The position numbers and the translations under genes were made by a program. Under the pieces are notes generated by a model. The model saw nothing but the letters and a program-made list of their open reading frames with translations, ran no database searches and was not told the origin of the DNA. Positions 59,892 to 64,000 of a stretch of 64,000 nt of DNA are shown piece by piece (the first letter of the stretch is position 1; every line of letters starts with the position of its first letter). The stretch is from Pocillopora damicornis (lineage: Eukaryota): NCBI RefSeq assembly GCF_003704095.1, contig NW_020844218.1, forward strand, positions 186,001 to 250,000. Direction: 5' to 3'.

Positions 59892-64000
<4,109 letters not shown>

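Overview
Eukaryotic, AT-rich, intron-containing DNA, most consistent with a cnidarian (probably a stony coral; inferred from gene and repeat content). Left to right: a decayed LINE fragment and MITEs; an intronless 1289-aa NLR-like gene (HEPN + STAND NTPase + about 14 42-aa TPRs + C-terminal CaaX); a degenerate ~1.1-kb triplication containing two adjacent perfect palindromes; an 18-exon TBC1D23; a head-to-head pair of intronless, paralogous 352-aa uncharacterised helical/hydrophobic proteins (candidate two-component pore-forming-like effectors) whose spacer is built from repeated ACGT-rich promoter modules; a disabled short-chain collagen C4-like gene; an intronless inducible-type HSP70 with a tandemly duplicated HSE promoter; NAA50 and VPS26C head-to-head (VPS26C with a probable AT-AC intron); Penelope-like RT remnants around two 100-N assembly gaps; and the 5' part of an SRCR-repeat gene whose intron holds a hammerhead-ribozyme-bearing mini-element. 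The best candidate for an undescribed system is the divergent paralog pair at 24.4-28.3 kb. Family assignments come from motif recognition by eye; no searches were run.
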